Assembly (NCBI RefSeq): GCF_006345805.1
Contig: NC_043009.1
Span: 40,920,001-40,984,000 of the forward strand
Length of the DNA: 64,000 nucleotides
Direction: 5' to 3'
DNA from: Octopus sinensis
Taxonomy: Eukaryota
Shown: piece after piece, positions 13,978-27,087 of the stretch
How the letters are laid out: each line of letters opens with the position of its first letter
Position numbering within the stretch: position 1 is the first letter of the stretch
The notes under the pieces: model-generated
Told to the model about the DNA's origin: nothing
Seen by the model: the letters and a program-made list of their open reading frames with translations, nothing else
Database searches by the model: none
Made by a program: the position numbers and the translations under genes

Positions 13978-14032
<55 letters not shown>
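13330..14032 (+). mobile_element. Degenerate R4/Dong-like (RLE-type) non-LTR retrotransposon 3' end with (TAA)n tail
   Basis: Broken frames give HWYESVP, DVVILFKKANK*Q and LKKTGASVKVEH..TLLRTAKILHRVLEA, resembling the R4/Dong WYEH.P...DIVV.DK...QK..LLGTA.ILR.VL C-terminus; followed by (TAA)n at 13979-14032. Confidence 0.55.
13482..13696 (+). mobile_element. SINE family A variant with 16-bp target-site duplication
   Basis: TSD taatataatccagcta at 13466-13481 and 13697-13712; same core as the 5291 array. Confidence 0.88.
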
Positions 14033-14034
<2 letters not shown>

Positions 14035-14589
14035 GCCCTGATGCAGTACCAGGCAGTGGCTCTCATGCCTTCTGATCTTAACTGATTGGAAGTGTTATCA
14101 TGTACATTGTTTTGTCTTGGTATAAAAGATGGGCTACAGCAAATATTCTGCTCAATACCACAGATTTGCTTGTTAGTTGTTTGACCATAACCAGTTGAGC
14201 ATGTCCCTTAGTGGCTGACGATATGTGCATCTCTGATCACGAGCAGAAGTAGTGGGGGAGCATCATAGCCATGTGTTCAGAAGGATTCTTTGGGGTTTGA
14301 ATAATTCACCTCTGGAAACATGGGTGTTTCGTTCAACGTCCTTAAATAACCCTTATTCAAGGACCTTTTGAGCGGGATGGGTTACTCGATCTGAAGAAAA
14401 TTCTAAGTGGGCCCCACCTGCAAGGTCATGTGCTGTTTATCTTGATATGAGATCACCATGTCGCGCACATATGGTTGTGATGCATGTGCCTGGTGTACCC
14501 TTATCAGACGGGTAGTCATGATGGGTATACTGGGCTTCGTATATTTTACCCCAGTGTCACTTTGATGGCATGCTCTGCTCGCTCACTCA
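14033..14589. mobile_element. Approximately 557-bp interspersed element embedded between two (TAA)n arrays
   Basis: Complex, non-coding block with sharp borders flanked by (TAA)n at 13979-14032 and 14589-14762; I recall it as a common Octopus repeat (unverified). Confidence 0.6.
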
Positions 14590-14665
14590 ATAATAATAAT
14601 AATAATAATATAATAATAATAATGATAATAATAATAATGATAATAATATAATAATGATAATAATG

Positions 14666-14738
<73 letters not shown>

Positions 14739-16973
14739 TAGTATTAATAATGATAATAATAAAAATAATCCTTTCTACTATAGGCACAATGCCTGGAATT
14801 TGAGGGGATGGGGGATGGTCAATAACATTGATTCCAATACTTAACTGCTACTTAATTTATCAACCCCAAAAGGGTGAAAAGCAAAGTTGACCTCAGTGGA
14901 ATTTGAACTCAGAAAATAAAGACGGACAAGATGCTATGAAGCATTTCTGCCCAGCATGCTAACGATTCTACCAGCTTGCCACCCTAATAGTAGTAATAAT
15001 GATAAAAATAAAGCAAAAGTACAAAAAACAATTGTATCTTAAAAAAAGGAAAAAAAAAAAAAAATTCCCTTGAAAAAATGGAATGATAAAGTTTAACTTA
15101 AAAATGAAACTAAACGGAAATGACAAAAGACCAATTCCATTTTTGAATTCCAGTTGATGACAGGTGAAATGTTTTGAAGTAAAAGACCCTTATCAATTGA
15201 TAACAGATTATGGAAATAAATGATTCCATAATCGTGAATGACAGAGTAATACCATTTCCATTTTGCCCTAACCCTTAAGTCTGGATCCATTCCAAAGAAT
15301 GGAGCTCTGTTTATGGCTTTAGCGCAGCTTTAAGGGGGAACAGTTATTTATATTTTCTTGTTAATAATCAAAATTAAAGCAATGTTTTCAAGTTTGCATC
15401 AAGACTTTCTGCTTTTAGTTTTTTTATTTCTTTTTTTTTTTTATCTCTGAAGAAAATCTTCCTTTCTACTACAACTGACTCACAGTTTCTCTACTACACC
15501 CAACCATACTAGTATGGCTAGGGTGTAAGTAGAGAAACCAAATATTCTGGATCACTGTTAATGTATGCTAATATTCTGCAGTTACAGACAACTAATTCTT
15601 CACAAACAAAGCTTACCTGTCAAAAAGAAGGAGATGATTATATAAAATTTGGAAACAAAAAGAAAATTAGCAAATAGATTTTTTTTTTAAAAATGGTAAA
15701 CGAATCAAAATCAAGTAAACAGAAAACATAATAATTCTGGAAAACAAAAAAAAAATTGAAAAGTGAAAGTTGAGCCAGGCTGAGAGTAATCATAGTAGTA
15801 GTAGTAGAAGCAGCAGCAGCAAGTCTTTCAGCAGAAGAAATATCTCTGGAAAGCATCATAATGGCCTGCCAGAACTGTTGAGAGCAGAAGTGGGAAAAAA
15901 ATCAGACAAAGAAGCAACTGGAATATTTCAAGGAATCTGATAACATCATCAGCCATGCTCCCCCCCCACCCCCCACCCAACCAAATAAATAAATGATGAT
16001 GATGATGATTATTATTATGGTGTTGCTGAATGAGAATTCTGATGACAATGATGACGATGATGATGATGTCTGCTATTCTTTTTTAGATTAAGCATCAGTA
16101 ATGATATGATTTCATCAGTTATTTTCTTGGTGAAGATCTTTAAATTAGTTAAGCAAAAACAAAAAAAAAACACAAAAAAACCTCTTCTGCTTCGTTTGGC
16201 TTGACAAGCAAGCAATGAGATAACTTTTCTCTTTCTCTCTCTCAAAATACGCACACACACACAAATATACATATATATACACATATATATATGTATGTAT
16301 GTATAATATAGTCTTTTAAGGATATTCTTTCGTGATGTAAGCGAGATAACTTGCAGTTAATTTTGATCAAACTGATAGGACAATGTCAACATGCTCGAAA
16401 GCTTTTAGCATTTAATAAAAGTCACAAACAGTAGTAGTAATAGTAGCAGCAGCATTACTACTACTACTACTACTTACTACTGGTAGTAGTAGTAGTAATG
16501 AAATTGGTAGCATATTACATCAGCCATAATATTCAAATGACTATTTTCAAATTATTTTTCGAGCAGATTTTTTAAATTTATTTCTTCCTATTTCTCATTC
16601 TCCATCCTTCACGTATTAAATTTACCATTATGATAACCAAATAAAAAAAAAAAGAAAAATTTTAAATGTATATTTTTATTCTATTTTTTTTTTTTCAATA
16701 TTTTTTTTTTCTCAAAACTGTGCTTGCCCATATAGTTATTGATTCAAATACATATTACCCCACCCCACCAGCTATTTCTTAATTCTGAGTCCCATCGCAC
16801 AAAAGCCTCCCTATGACATTAAAACTCCGCTCCATATTTCAGTCAGTACAATTTAAAAAACGAAATAAAAAAAAAAAATATACGTAAATAAAGAATAAAC
16901 AGATAAATAAATATAACCCCAAAAGACTTCACTTGCTGTTGTTAATGCTCATACCTTATCCAAGCAGCTATCT

Positions 16974-17016
<43 letters not shown>

Positions 17017-17376
17017 TAATAATAATAACAACAATAATATATAGATATAATGAAATATAAATTAAATACAATAAACTAAAATTAAATAAAATAAAATTTT
17101 AAAATAAATTATAAATTTCAAACAAATAAATCTATAATAAATATGATTTAATATATATATATATATATATACACACACAAAAACACGCATACATCACACA
17201 AATATAATTCCTGTTTCAAAAAAAGAGAAAAAAAACTCTTCTCCACCTACCAAAAAGTAAAATTGAAACATCACTTAATGGAAGCATTCTTCTGGGGACA
17301 ATAAATTGTATGACTGCTTTAGACCCCCATGTCATTGTGATTATTTTTATTATCCTCATTATTACTATGATTATTA

Positions 17377-17409
<33 letters not shown>

Positions 17410-18084
17410 TATTGTTGTTGTTCTTCTTCTTCATCTTGTTGTTGTGGTTATTTCGTTTTTTTTTTTGTTTTTAACAATTTTTTTTTCTTCTCCCCACTGT
17501 ACCATGTGTGGGATGGATTCTGCAAATTCTGGCATTTGCATAATACCGGAGAAATTTTTTTTTTTTTTTTTTACAGTTGAATGCCTTGCCAACAGCCAGC
17601 AACTCAACTGTGAAGTGGGAGTGATACAGTTTTTGAGAGAGAGAGAGAGAGAGAGAGAAAGAGCTGGAGAGATAGCAAGAGAAAGAAAATGTAACAGAGG
17701 ATTAATATGCCTTACCTAGGGAGTAAAACAACAAAAGGTTTGCTTCAGAGAATAATAAAACTTCTAGTATCAAAACTGATTAGCCAATGGAATTGGCACC
17801 TAAGCTCAATTCTATGGCAAGAAGTCAGCAGCAGAAAAAGGCGAAAAAAGGCCTTTAATTTGATGTGGTCAACTATTTGGTAATTGCTAATTTAGGAGAG
17901 AAGGGCTGAAAACAATCCTTATGAACTGAAAATTAACTCCAAAACACATTTGATGAAGTCAGCTGAATAATGGTTTGCGATAATAATAGACGAAGGCTTT
18001 TGATTTTCATTATTTAATGATGCCATATGGCACAAGCCTCAACATACATTTATGTTCCCGAAGCATACAAGATGTGTGTGTGGG

Positions 18085-18955
18085 TATGGTTCATATGTCA
18101 CAGACATGGCTGTGTGATACGATGTGTGCTTCTGAACCATAAGGTTCTAAGTTCAGTTCCACAGTGTGGCAGCACCTTGGGCTAGAATCTTCTACTATAA
18201 CGCTGGGCTGACCAAAGCCTTCTAAGTGGATTTGTGTGCATGTGTGCGGGGTGGTGGTATGGTTCATATGCCACAGACATGGCTGTGTGGTATGATGTTC
18301 GCTTCTCAACCATAAGGTTCTAGGTTCAGTTCCACAGTGTGGCAGCACCTTGGGCTAGAATCTTCTACTATAACGCTGGGCTGACCAAAGCCTTCTAAGT
18401 GGATTTGTGTGCATGTGTGCGGGGTGGTGGTATGGTTCATATGCCACAGACATGGCTGTGTGGTATGATGTTCGCTTCTCAACCATAAGGTTCTAGGTTC
18501 AGTTCCACAGTGTGGCAGCACCTTGGGCTAGAATCTTCTACTATAACCCTGGGCTGACCAAAGCCTTCTAAGTGGATTTGTGTGCATGTGTGCGGGGTGG
18601 TGGTATGGTTCATATGCCACAGACATGGCTGTGTGGTATGATGTTCGCTTCTCAACCATAAAGTTTTAGGTTCAGTTCCACAGTGTGGCAGCACCTTGGG
18701 CTAGAATCTTCTGGTATAACCCTGGGCTGACCAAAGCCTTCTGAATGGAATTATGTGTGTGTGTGTGTGGGGGGTATGGTTCATATGCCATAGACATGGC
18801 TGTGTGGTATGATGTTCGCTTTCCAATCATAAGGTTCTAAGTTCAGTTCCACAGTGTGGCAGCACCTTGGGGTAATATCTTCTACTATAACCCTGGGTTG
18901 ACCAAAGCCTTCTGAGTGGATTTGGTAAATGGAAAATGGAAAATGACTGTCATAT
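18085..18955 (+). repeat. Tandem array of 5 units (173,173,173,171,about 180 bp) built from an old SINE-B copy plus its 5' flank
   Basis: tatggttcatatg.cacagacatggctgtgtg starts at 18085, 18258, 18431, 18604 and 18775; only the last unit keeps the ggatttggta.atggaaa tail. Confidence 0.92.
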
Positions 18956-19030
18956 TTCCTTTTTCCTTTCTATCTATCTATCTGTCTATCTAATCTATCT
19001 ATCTATCAATTAGTCTAAATATATATATAC

Positions 19031-19061
<31 letters not shown>

Positions 19062-19724
19062 TGTATGTATGTATGTATGTATGTATGTATGTATGTATGT
19101 ATGTATGTATGTATGCATGTATGTTTCTTTGTGTTTGCTTTTGGCCCCTACCAGCACTTGAGAACTGGTGTTGGTTTATTTACATCCCATAATTTGGTTT
19201 GACAAAAGAGACTGAATAAATACCACCATGATGATGATGATGATCATCATCATCATTTAAAGTCTGCTTTACATGCTGGCATGGGTTGGCTGATTTGACA
19301 AGAGGCTGGCTAGCAAGGAGCTGTCCAGACTCCAAGTGTGTTTTGACTGTGGCATGGTTTCTACTGCTGGATGCCCTTCCTAACGCCAACCACTTAACAG
19401 AGTATGCTGGGTGTTTATTACGTGCCACCAGCATGGGTGCCTTTTAAATGGCACTGACACCTGAAAAGACAAGCTTGTATGTGTGGAAGACAGAGGCTTA
19501 AAGAATAAGTACTTGAGTTTATTTGAGAGACTAAAAGTGGTAAACACTTGGAAATGGTAACCTGGCACGTAGGTAGACAACAGACATAATATATATGCAT
19601 ACATACATACATAAATATATGGCTCAAAAATAGGATGAGAAATAACCATGAGAGTAACCAGCGGCATGTATTTGAGTGGTAGGGTGTGAGTGTGTGTATA
19701 CATATATATAGGGTGACCCCCATC

Positions 19725-20045
19725 AGTCATGAATGACCATGTGGTTGCACCTAGAAAGTTACCCTCCAAGGCACAAGTTTGGGCAAGGTTGTGTATGGAA
19801 GACCAGCAGTCACCCATGCATATCAGCCTCCCTTCTCCATGCGAACAATGTTATCCAAGGGAAAGGCAAAGGCCGATACAGCTTGGTACCAGTGGCAACG
19901 CAACACATCTCTACAGCTCAGTGAACTAGAGCAACGTGAAAGTGTCTTGCTCAAGAACACAACATGCAGCCCGGTCCAGGAATCGAACTCACAGCCTTAT
20001 GATTGTAAGCTTGATGCTCTAACCACTGAGCCATGCGCCTTCACA
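19725..20045 (-). mobile_element. tRNA-derived SINE (family G)
   Basis: Homologous over its full length to 50528-50882; head reads gcgcatggctcagtggttag on the minus strand. Confidence 0.75.
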
Positions 20046-20117
20046 CACACACACATTATATAGTGTGGCCACAGCCTTTGGGCTGAAAAGAATAAAAGAA
20101 TATATATGCATATATAT

Positions 20118-20522
20118 TCTCTTTTACTTGTTTCAGTCATTTGACATGCTGGAGTGCCACCTTTAGTCGAGCAAATCGACCCCAGGACTTATTCTTTGTA
20201 AGCCTAGTACTTATTCGATTGGTCTCTTTTGTCGAACCGCTAAGTTATGTGGACATAAACACACCAGCATCAGTTGTCAAGCAATGCTAGGGTGACAAAC
20301 AGACACACAAACACACACACACACACATATATATGTGTATATATACATACATATATATGTACGACAAGCTTCTTTCAGTTTCTGCCAACCAAATCTACTC
20401 ACAAGGCTTTGGTCGGACCAAGGCTATCATAGAAGAAACTTGCCCAAGATGCCATGCAGTGGGATTGAATCTGGAACCGTGTGGTTGGTAAGCAAGCTAC
20501 TTACCACACAGCCACTCCTGCA
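20118..20522 (-). mobile_element. Composite SINE (B+F) with internal microsatellite
   Basis: Reverse complement of the 29315-29716 copy. Confidence 0.85.
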
Positions 20523-20557
<35 letters not shown>

Positions 20558-22416
20558 TGATATGAATCTTTACTCTTGAGAGAATGTGTGTGTGTGTGTG
20601 CATATGAAAGTGTGAGTGTGCATGTATGTATATTTGAATGAACGTATATGTGTACCTTTGATGCTATCATTTTGTTAAAGCAGACAGAGTGAGGTAGAGA
20701 GAAAGAAATAAAGAGAGAGACAGAAAGGACAAGGGAAAGAGAAAGAGGGATGGTGAGAGAGAGAGAGAGAGCAAGAAAGAGACAGAGACAATAAAGATTA
20801 GTGTGTGTGTGTGTGTGTGCATAGATTTTTTTTTAAAGAAATAAAGGGTTTTTCAAGTGAATACTGAAATTCCTTAGCCACAGTAAATCTATACGGTTCC
20901 ATAGTTGTTGTTGTTGGTGGTGCCATTTATGTGCAGCAGCATGAAGAAGAAGAAGAAAAAATAAGAAACTGTATGAACATAGCTGGAAGAGCTCCTTAAT
21001 GAGCGAGAGATCTGTAACAGACAAAAATGATAATTGGTGGATGTATTCAAAGCATAAGAATAGGATTATTTTGTTATCTACCAAATAACTTACTTATATA
21101 CATGTAGATGGGGGTGTGCGTGTGTATGTAAGAATATATATATATACACACACATATATATAAACCTACATGCGCAAATTTATATATATATATATATATA
21201 CACACGCACATCTGTATATATGTGTATGAATACGTTTGCAGATGTATATGTATATAATGTATATATAGGTGTGTGTGTGTCCCCACATACACATACTCTG
21301 AATCATTTGCATAAACACATACATACATACATAACTATTAATTCATAGCTGTTGAAAGTTTTAGTAAGAATATACCTACAAAGATACATATATATATATA
21401 CCAAAATACATATGAACAACTTATATTTGTATCATACACACACACATATGTACAAACATACACTGGCACACATATGTACATATGTATGTATATATAAGTA
21501 ACTTTTCCTTCCAACACCTTACACAAAACACCACACACACATACGTACGCATACTCTCAGAAAAGACTATTATAGAGCACATTAAGGTTTTACTAATTGT
21601 TCCGTCGTAATTTACTTAAGAATTATTGAGTAGTTTTTATCAGGATTTCTTTCACAATGCCACCCTCACCACTGCCCTACCCACCCCCCACCGTGCTCCT
21701 TTCTCCTTCTCCCGATCACTGAAACAACGATCTTGATTTCTTGCAAGTCTTTTTGCAGTCTATTCAAGCTTCTTTCGTAATCCTTTTGAACAAATTAAAT
21801 GTTGAAATTTCTTCAACAAGAATGACAACAATAACAGCAACAACAACAAAAAGAAAAAAAAAAAAAGAAAGAAAAAATAAATAAAGAGGAAGTAAAGATA
21901 GAAAGAATAGTTATCAGTGTGATTAAACATAAGTATAAGCATTGCAATAAATATTGTATTGAAGAACTGGGCAAGAAGATATTTCTACTTTCTTCAAAAT
22001 ACCTACCACCCCGCTACAAAAAAAAAACCCCCAAAAAAACACGTAAGAAAAAAGAAAGACACCCCTCTCTTCTCCCACTACCTCCCCCTACACCTATCCT
22101 TAACATACCACCACCACCATCAACCACTACGCCAGGTGGTGGTTGACTGCTCAAAAATGCTAGAAAGAATTGACAAAATCTTGTTTAAATCACAATATTC
22201 ATCTGTGTTTTTCTTTTTTTTTTTTTTTTATAGGTGCAGGCACAGCTGTGTGTTAAGAAGCTTGCTTCCCAATCACATGGTTCCAGGTTCAGTACACCTG
22301 CATGGCACCTTAGCCAAATGTCTTTTACTATAGCCATGGGCCAACCAAATCCTTGTGAGTAGATTTGGTAGATGGAAAGTGGAAGAAGCTCGTCATATAT
22401 ATATATATATGTGTGT

Positions 22417-22705
22417 GGAGGCGCAATGGCCCAGTGGTTAGGGCAGCGGACTCGCGGTTGTAGGATCGCGGTTTTGATTCCCAGACCGGGCCCTGCATGT
22501 GTTTATTGAGCAAAAACACCAAAAAGCTCCACGATGCTCCGGCAGGGGGTGGTGATCCCTGCTGTACTCCTTCACCACTCTTTCTTCTGTTGGCCTGCTC
22601 GCTTAGCCAGCGGGGTGGCGTCATTCGAAGGCTAAAACAATGCAAACGCATTGTGACCAGCGATGTGTAGCAACATCTGATGGTCTGGTCGGTCACGTGA
22701 TCACA
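22417..22705 (+). mobile_element. Young tRNA-derived SINE (family C)
   Basis: Head ggcgcaatggcccagtggttagggcagcggactcgcgg...gattccc (A/B-box-like), CpGs intact; inverted homologue at 35897-36207. Confidence 0.82.
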
Positions 22706-22933
22706 TGATATAATATATATAGTTGAAATGTATAGAAAAACAAAAGGCGAAGACAGGTGTAGTAATAACAAGCAAACGTATTAGTTTGACACTTGGGAAA
22801 AATGGAAAAGTATTTTATGTTTCAAGGCTAGGCTCTTCGACAGAAAGGAACAAGAGGAAATAAATATAGAGAGAATGGAAAAAATATGTTGAGCTCAGTG
22901 GTCAAACATGGCGACTGTGTTTATACTATCTTT

Positions 22934-23123
22934 TTCTTTTACTTGTTTCAGTCATTTGACTGTGGCCATGCTGGAGCACTGCCTTTAGTCGAGCAAATCG
23001 ACCTCAGGGACTTATTCTTTGGAAGCCTAGTACTTATTCTATCGGTCTCTTTTTGCCAAACAGCTAAGTTACGGGGGACGTAAACACACCAGCATCAGTT
23101 GTCAAACAATGTTGGAGGGACAA

Positions 23124-23154
<31 letters not shown>

Positions 23155-23310
23155 TGTATATATACATATATACGACGGGCTTCTTTCAGTTTCCATTTAC
23201 CAAATCCATTCACAAAGCTTTGGTCAGCTGAGTCTATAGTAGAAGACACTTGCCCAAAGTGCCATGCAATGGGACTGAACCCGGGACCATGTGGCTCGTA
23301 AACAAGCTAC
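22934..23310 (-). mobile_element. Composite SINE (B+F) with internal microsatellite
   Basis: Same architecture as the other B+F copies. Confidence 0.85.
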
Positions 23311-24863
23311 ACATATACACATATAAATGTGTGTGTGTGTGTCTTTATGTCTATGTTTGTCCCTTCATCACCATTTGACAACTGGTGTTGATATGTTTTC
23401 ATCCATGTAACTTTGCAGGTCAGCAAAAGAGACTGATAGACTAAGTACTAGGCTTTAAAAAACTAAGTCCTGGGGTCAATTTGTTCGACTTAAAACCCAG
23501 AATGGCCACAGCAAAATGCCTGAAAAAAGTAAAAGATAAAAATTAAAATAAATAAATTAGAATATGAAAAAAAAATGCTCTTAGTTATAACATCTTTGAT
23601 GAGAGATCTCCTGGATCAAGGCTAGCTTAGAGCAAAAGAACCTTGATGTCTTTTTTTTTTATATATATATATAATCCTAAATAGACTATGTCTGAAAAAA
23701 TAATCAAAATAAATTAATTTAACGTTTTTGCTACTATATTTCAATTAAAATTTACTGCCTTTGTTTCAATTAATTATGAAAATATTAAAGATTTTAATAA
23801 AATAATTTATTATTTAAGTGTTTAGAATATAAATTACCATAAAATTTTGATTACACTGAATATAATGCATATCTAATCACTCACCTAATGATGAGAGGCA
23901 AAGCCAATTTGGGTGAGATTTGAACTCTGAACATAAAAGATTGTAGCTATGTATTTTATCTATTCTACCAAATTCTTAGCCAAGTCTTTGTCAAGAAGCA
24001 GCAGAACTAGTACAGTCTTTGTCAAGAACCAAAAATAACTAGTGTGGGCTTTGTCAAGAACCAACAGTATTCATACAGTTGGAACTAGTTGAAGACTGGA
24101 CTATCGCAAAGATGAAACCAAAAAGCAAACTAACCAAAAAGACAGACCAAAATGTTTTTGCATGTTCTGAATAAGGAGTGTTAACAACAAAAAATATGCA
24201 AAGAGTCTGATTTCGGACAGGCTGTATTTCATGAATTAATGTTCTTTAATTCTTTTCAGAAATTTCTTTACAGCAGACAATAATGGCAAATATTCTTTGT
24301 GGGTACCCTACTTTTTATTTATTATTTATTTTTTTTTCATAAACATCATAAACTGAACACAATGCTTCCTGTGAATCAAAGCAAAAATTACAATATAAGA
24401 TTTGTGTATGATAACAGAAGACTTGTTTATACTTCATAGCTACTGCTAAGGGAATGGCACAAACAAAGAGAGAGAGAGAGAGAGGTGGCAAAAAAAGAAA
24501 TAATAATAAATAGCCAATGGAATAATAAATCTAATAGCAATACAACCATTAAATTATTGTTCATATACGACATAAAAAAAAATGCCAAATAAACTAACGA
24601 GTGACTTTAAAAAATGCTATTGTTGTTATAGGAGACTAAATCTACATACAGACGTTATTTTACCCTCCTGCACCAAAATACTTTCACACACTTTTACATG
24701 TATGTCTACTGAGAAATAAGCAAATAGACAATGAGTACATGCATGTGTGCGTTTATATATACATATATATACATACATATACATATATACACAAAAATAG
24801 ACATATATATATATACATATATATGTATGTATGTATATATATATATATTTATTTGTGTATATA

Positions 24864-24914
<51 letters not shown>

Positions 24915-25297
24915 CAAAAATAGACATATATCTACACACACATATATATATGCAGACACACAAATGTATGTAGATTAATGTACATATAGGTTTGTAAGTC
25001 CAAATGTCTGTATGTATTAGTGTACAAATGCCTGCTTTATTTTTTTTTATTAGAATGTGAAGTCACTATTTAAATAAAAAGCTAGATACCGAATTGTAAC
25101 AAAGAAGAATATGATATACTAATTATGACTAACTAAATTTGAGTACTACCTCAATTTCTTCATGCATGTCCAGATGCACATATTTGTATATGTACATGCA
25201 TATATGTGTGCTTATGTGTGTATGTGCCTAAGTATACATGTACATGTGTGTGTGTGTGTGTGTGTATATGTATACATATGTACATATTTGTGTGTGT

Positions 25298-25333
<36 letters not shown>

Positions 25334-25735
25334 CAGAGCAGCTGTCTGGCTTCCGTGCTGGCGGCACATAAAAAGCACCATTCGAGCGAGATTGTTACCA
25401 GCATTGCCTTACTGGCACAGGAAAAAATATTCGAGCGAGGTTGTTGCCTGTGCTGCTGGACTGCCCCCTATGCAAGTGGCACATAAAAAACACCATTTGA
25501 GTGTGGCTGTTGCCAAGTACCACTTGACAAGCCCTTGTGCCGGTGGCACGTAAAATCACCCACTACACTCTCGGAGTGATTGGCGTTAGGAAGGGCATCC
25601 AGCTGTAGAAACTCTGCCAGATCAGATTGAAGCCTGGTGCAGTGATCTGGTTCGTCAGTCCTCAGTCAAATTGTCCAACCCATGCCAGCATGGAAAGCAG
25701 ACATTAACCGATGATGATGATGATATGTATATATT

Positions 25736-25783
<48 letters not shown>

Positions 25784-25795
25784 GAAATATATGTG

Positions 25796-25848
<53 letters not shown>

Positions 25849-25917
25849 TCACATGTACATACACATTATACATTTCTTAATTTTATGTCCATATCATCAT
25901 ACTAGCATGGGTTAGAT

Positions 25918-26224
25918 TAGAGATTCTCAAACTTTTTGGGCCACCACCCACCTTATGGCTACACAATATCCTCAGCATACCCACCCCTATTTTTATGTAT
26001 AAATAAAAATTTTATATTTTACTAATTTATATATACTATGAATCATTTGATATTTAATATAATATTAAATAATTTGTATACAATACTATAATAATATTAT
26101 ATATTCATAAGTGTCCCCCTATCCATTGCCATCTTTTTCTGTACTGCCCCCTTAGACACCAGCACTCACCTGGACCCTCTCAACGCCCACCAGAGGGCGG
26201 TAGCACCCACTTTGAGAACCTATG
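25918..26224. mobile_element. hAT/Charlie-type MITE, 307 bp, 8-bp TSD
   Basis: TSD ggttagat at 25910-25917 and 26225-26232; ends tagagattctcaaa / tttgagaacctatg. Confidence 0.75.
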
Positions 26225-27087
26225 GGTTAGATGAATAGACATTACCGAGGCATTATTGTACAACTAGCTTCTCTTCCTGTTGAGCTAAACCTTAAACAGA
26301 TTTTCATCTAAGGGATGTTATTTGCTTTTTGTTACACTTGTATTGAAAAATATTTGGCAAAATCGAATGTCAATGAAATATTACCATTTTGCTCAAATGG
26401 TTTCATGCAGATACAGAATGTAAAAGATTCACATGAAAACACCCACCCATTTGAACTCAGAAAGCAAAGGACTGGAACAATAGGGCAAGGCTTCATATCC
26501 AACCTTCGAATAATTTCATTCTAGGCTTGTTGATTTATTTTATTGTTATCAGTTTGTCAATCCCGCCACCCCAAATAAAGAAGATGAAAGGCAAAGTTCA
26601 TCTCCTCAGGATTTGAAACCAAAACACAAAGAGCCAGAGAAATACACCTTAAGGCATTTCATCTGCCACTCTACCAATTCAGCCAGCTTGCCAATATGCA
26701 TGTGTGCATGAGTGCGTGTGCATACAAACATATATGGGAGCACTCTGTTGGTCACGATGACGAGGGTCTTATCATATATGATCAACGGAACAGCTTGTTT
26801 GTGAAATTAACGTGCAAATGGCTGAGCACTCCACAAAGTTGTTAGGGAGATTCAGCATGACACAAAGTGTGACAAGGCTGGCCCTTTGAAATACAGGTAC
26901 TACCCATTTTTGACCAGCTGAGTGGACTGGAGCAACATGAAATAAAGTGTCTTGCTCAAGGACACACGCATTGCCAGGAATTAAACTCACGGCCTTATGA
27001 TCATGAGCTGAATGCCCTAACCACAAAGCCACGCACCTCCACAATATATGATATATATATATATATATATAAATATATATCATATAT

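Noticed and set aside
17873-17905. ttttcag|CCC on the minus strand as the missing next BCAT exon
   Set aside because: Reads PFSPKLAITK then a stop; no BCAT similarity.
22417-22495. tRNA gene
   Set aside because: A/B-box-like head runs directly into a SINE body, with no acceptor stem or Pol III terminator; the same holds for other SINE heads.
23980-24070. CRISPR-like repeats (ctttgtcaagaa at 23986, 24017, 24049)
   Set aside because: Only three degenerate 31-32-bp units with similar spacers, in a eukaryotic intron with no cas genes: a minisatellite.
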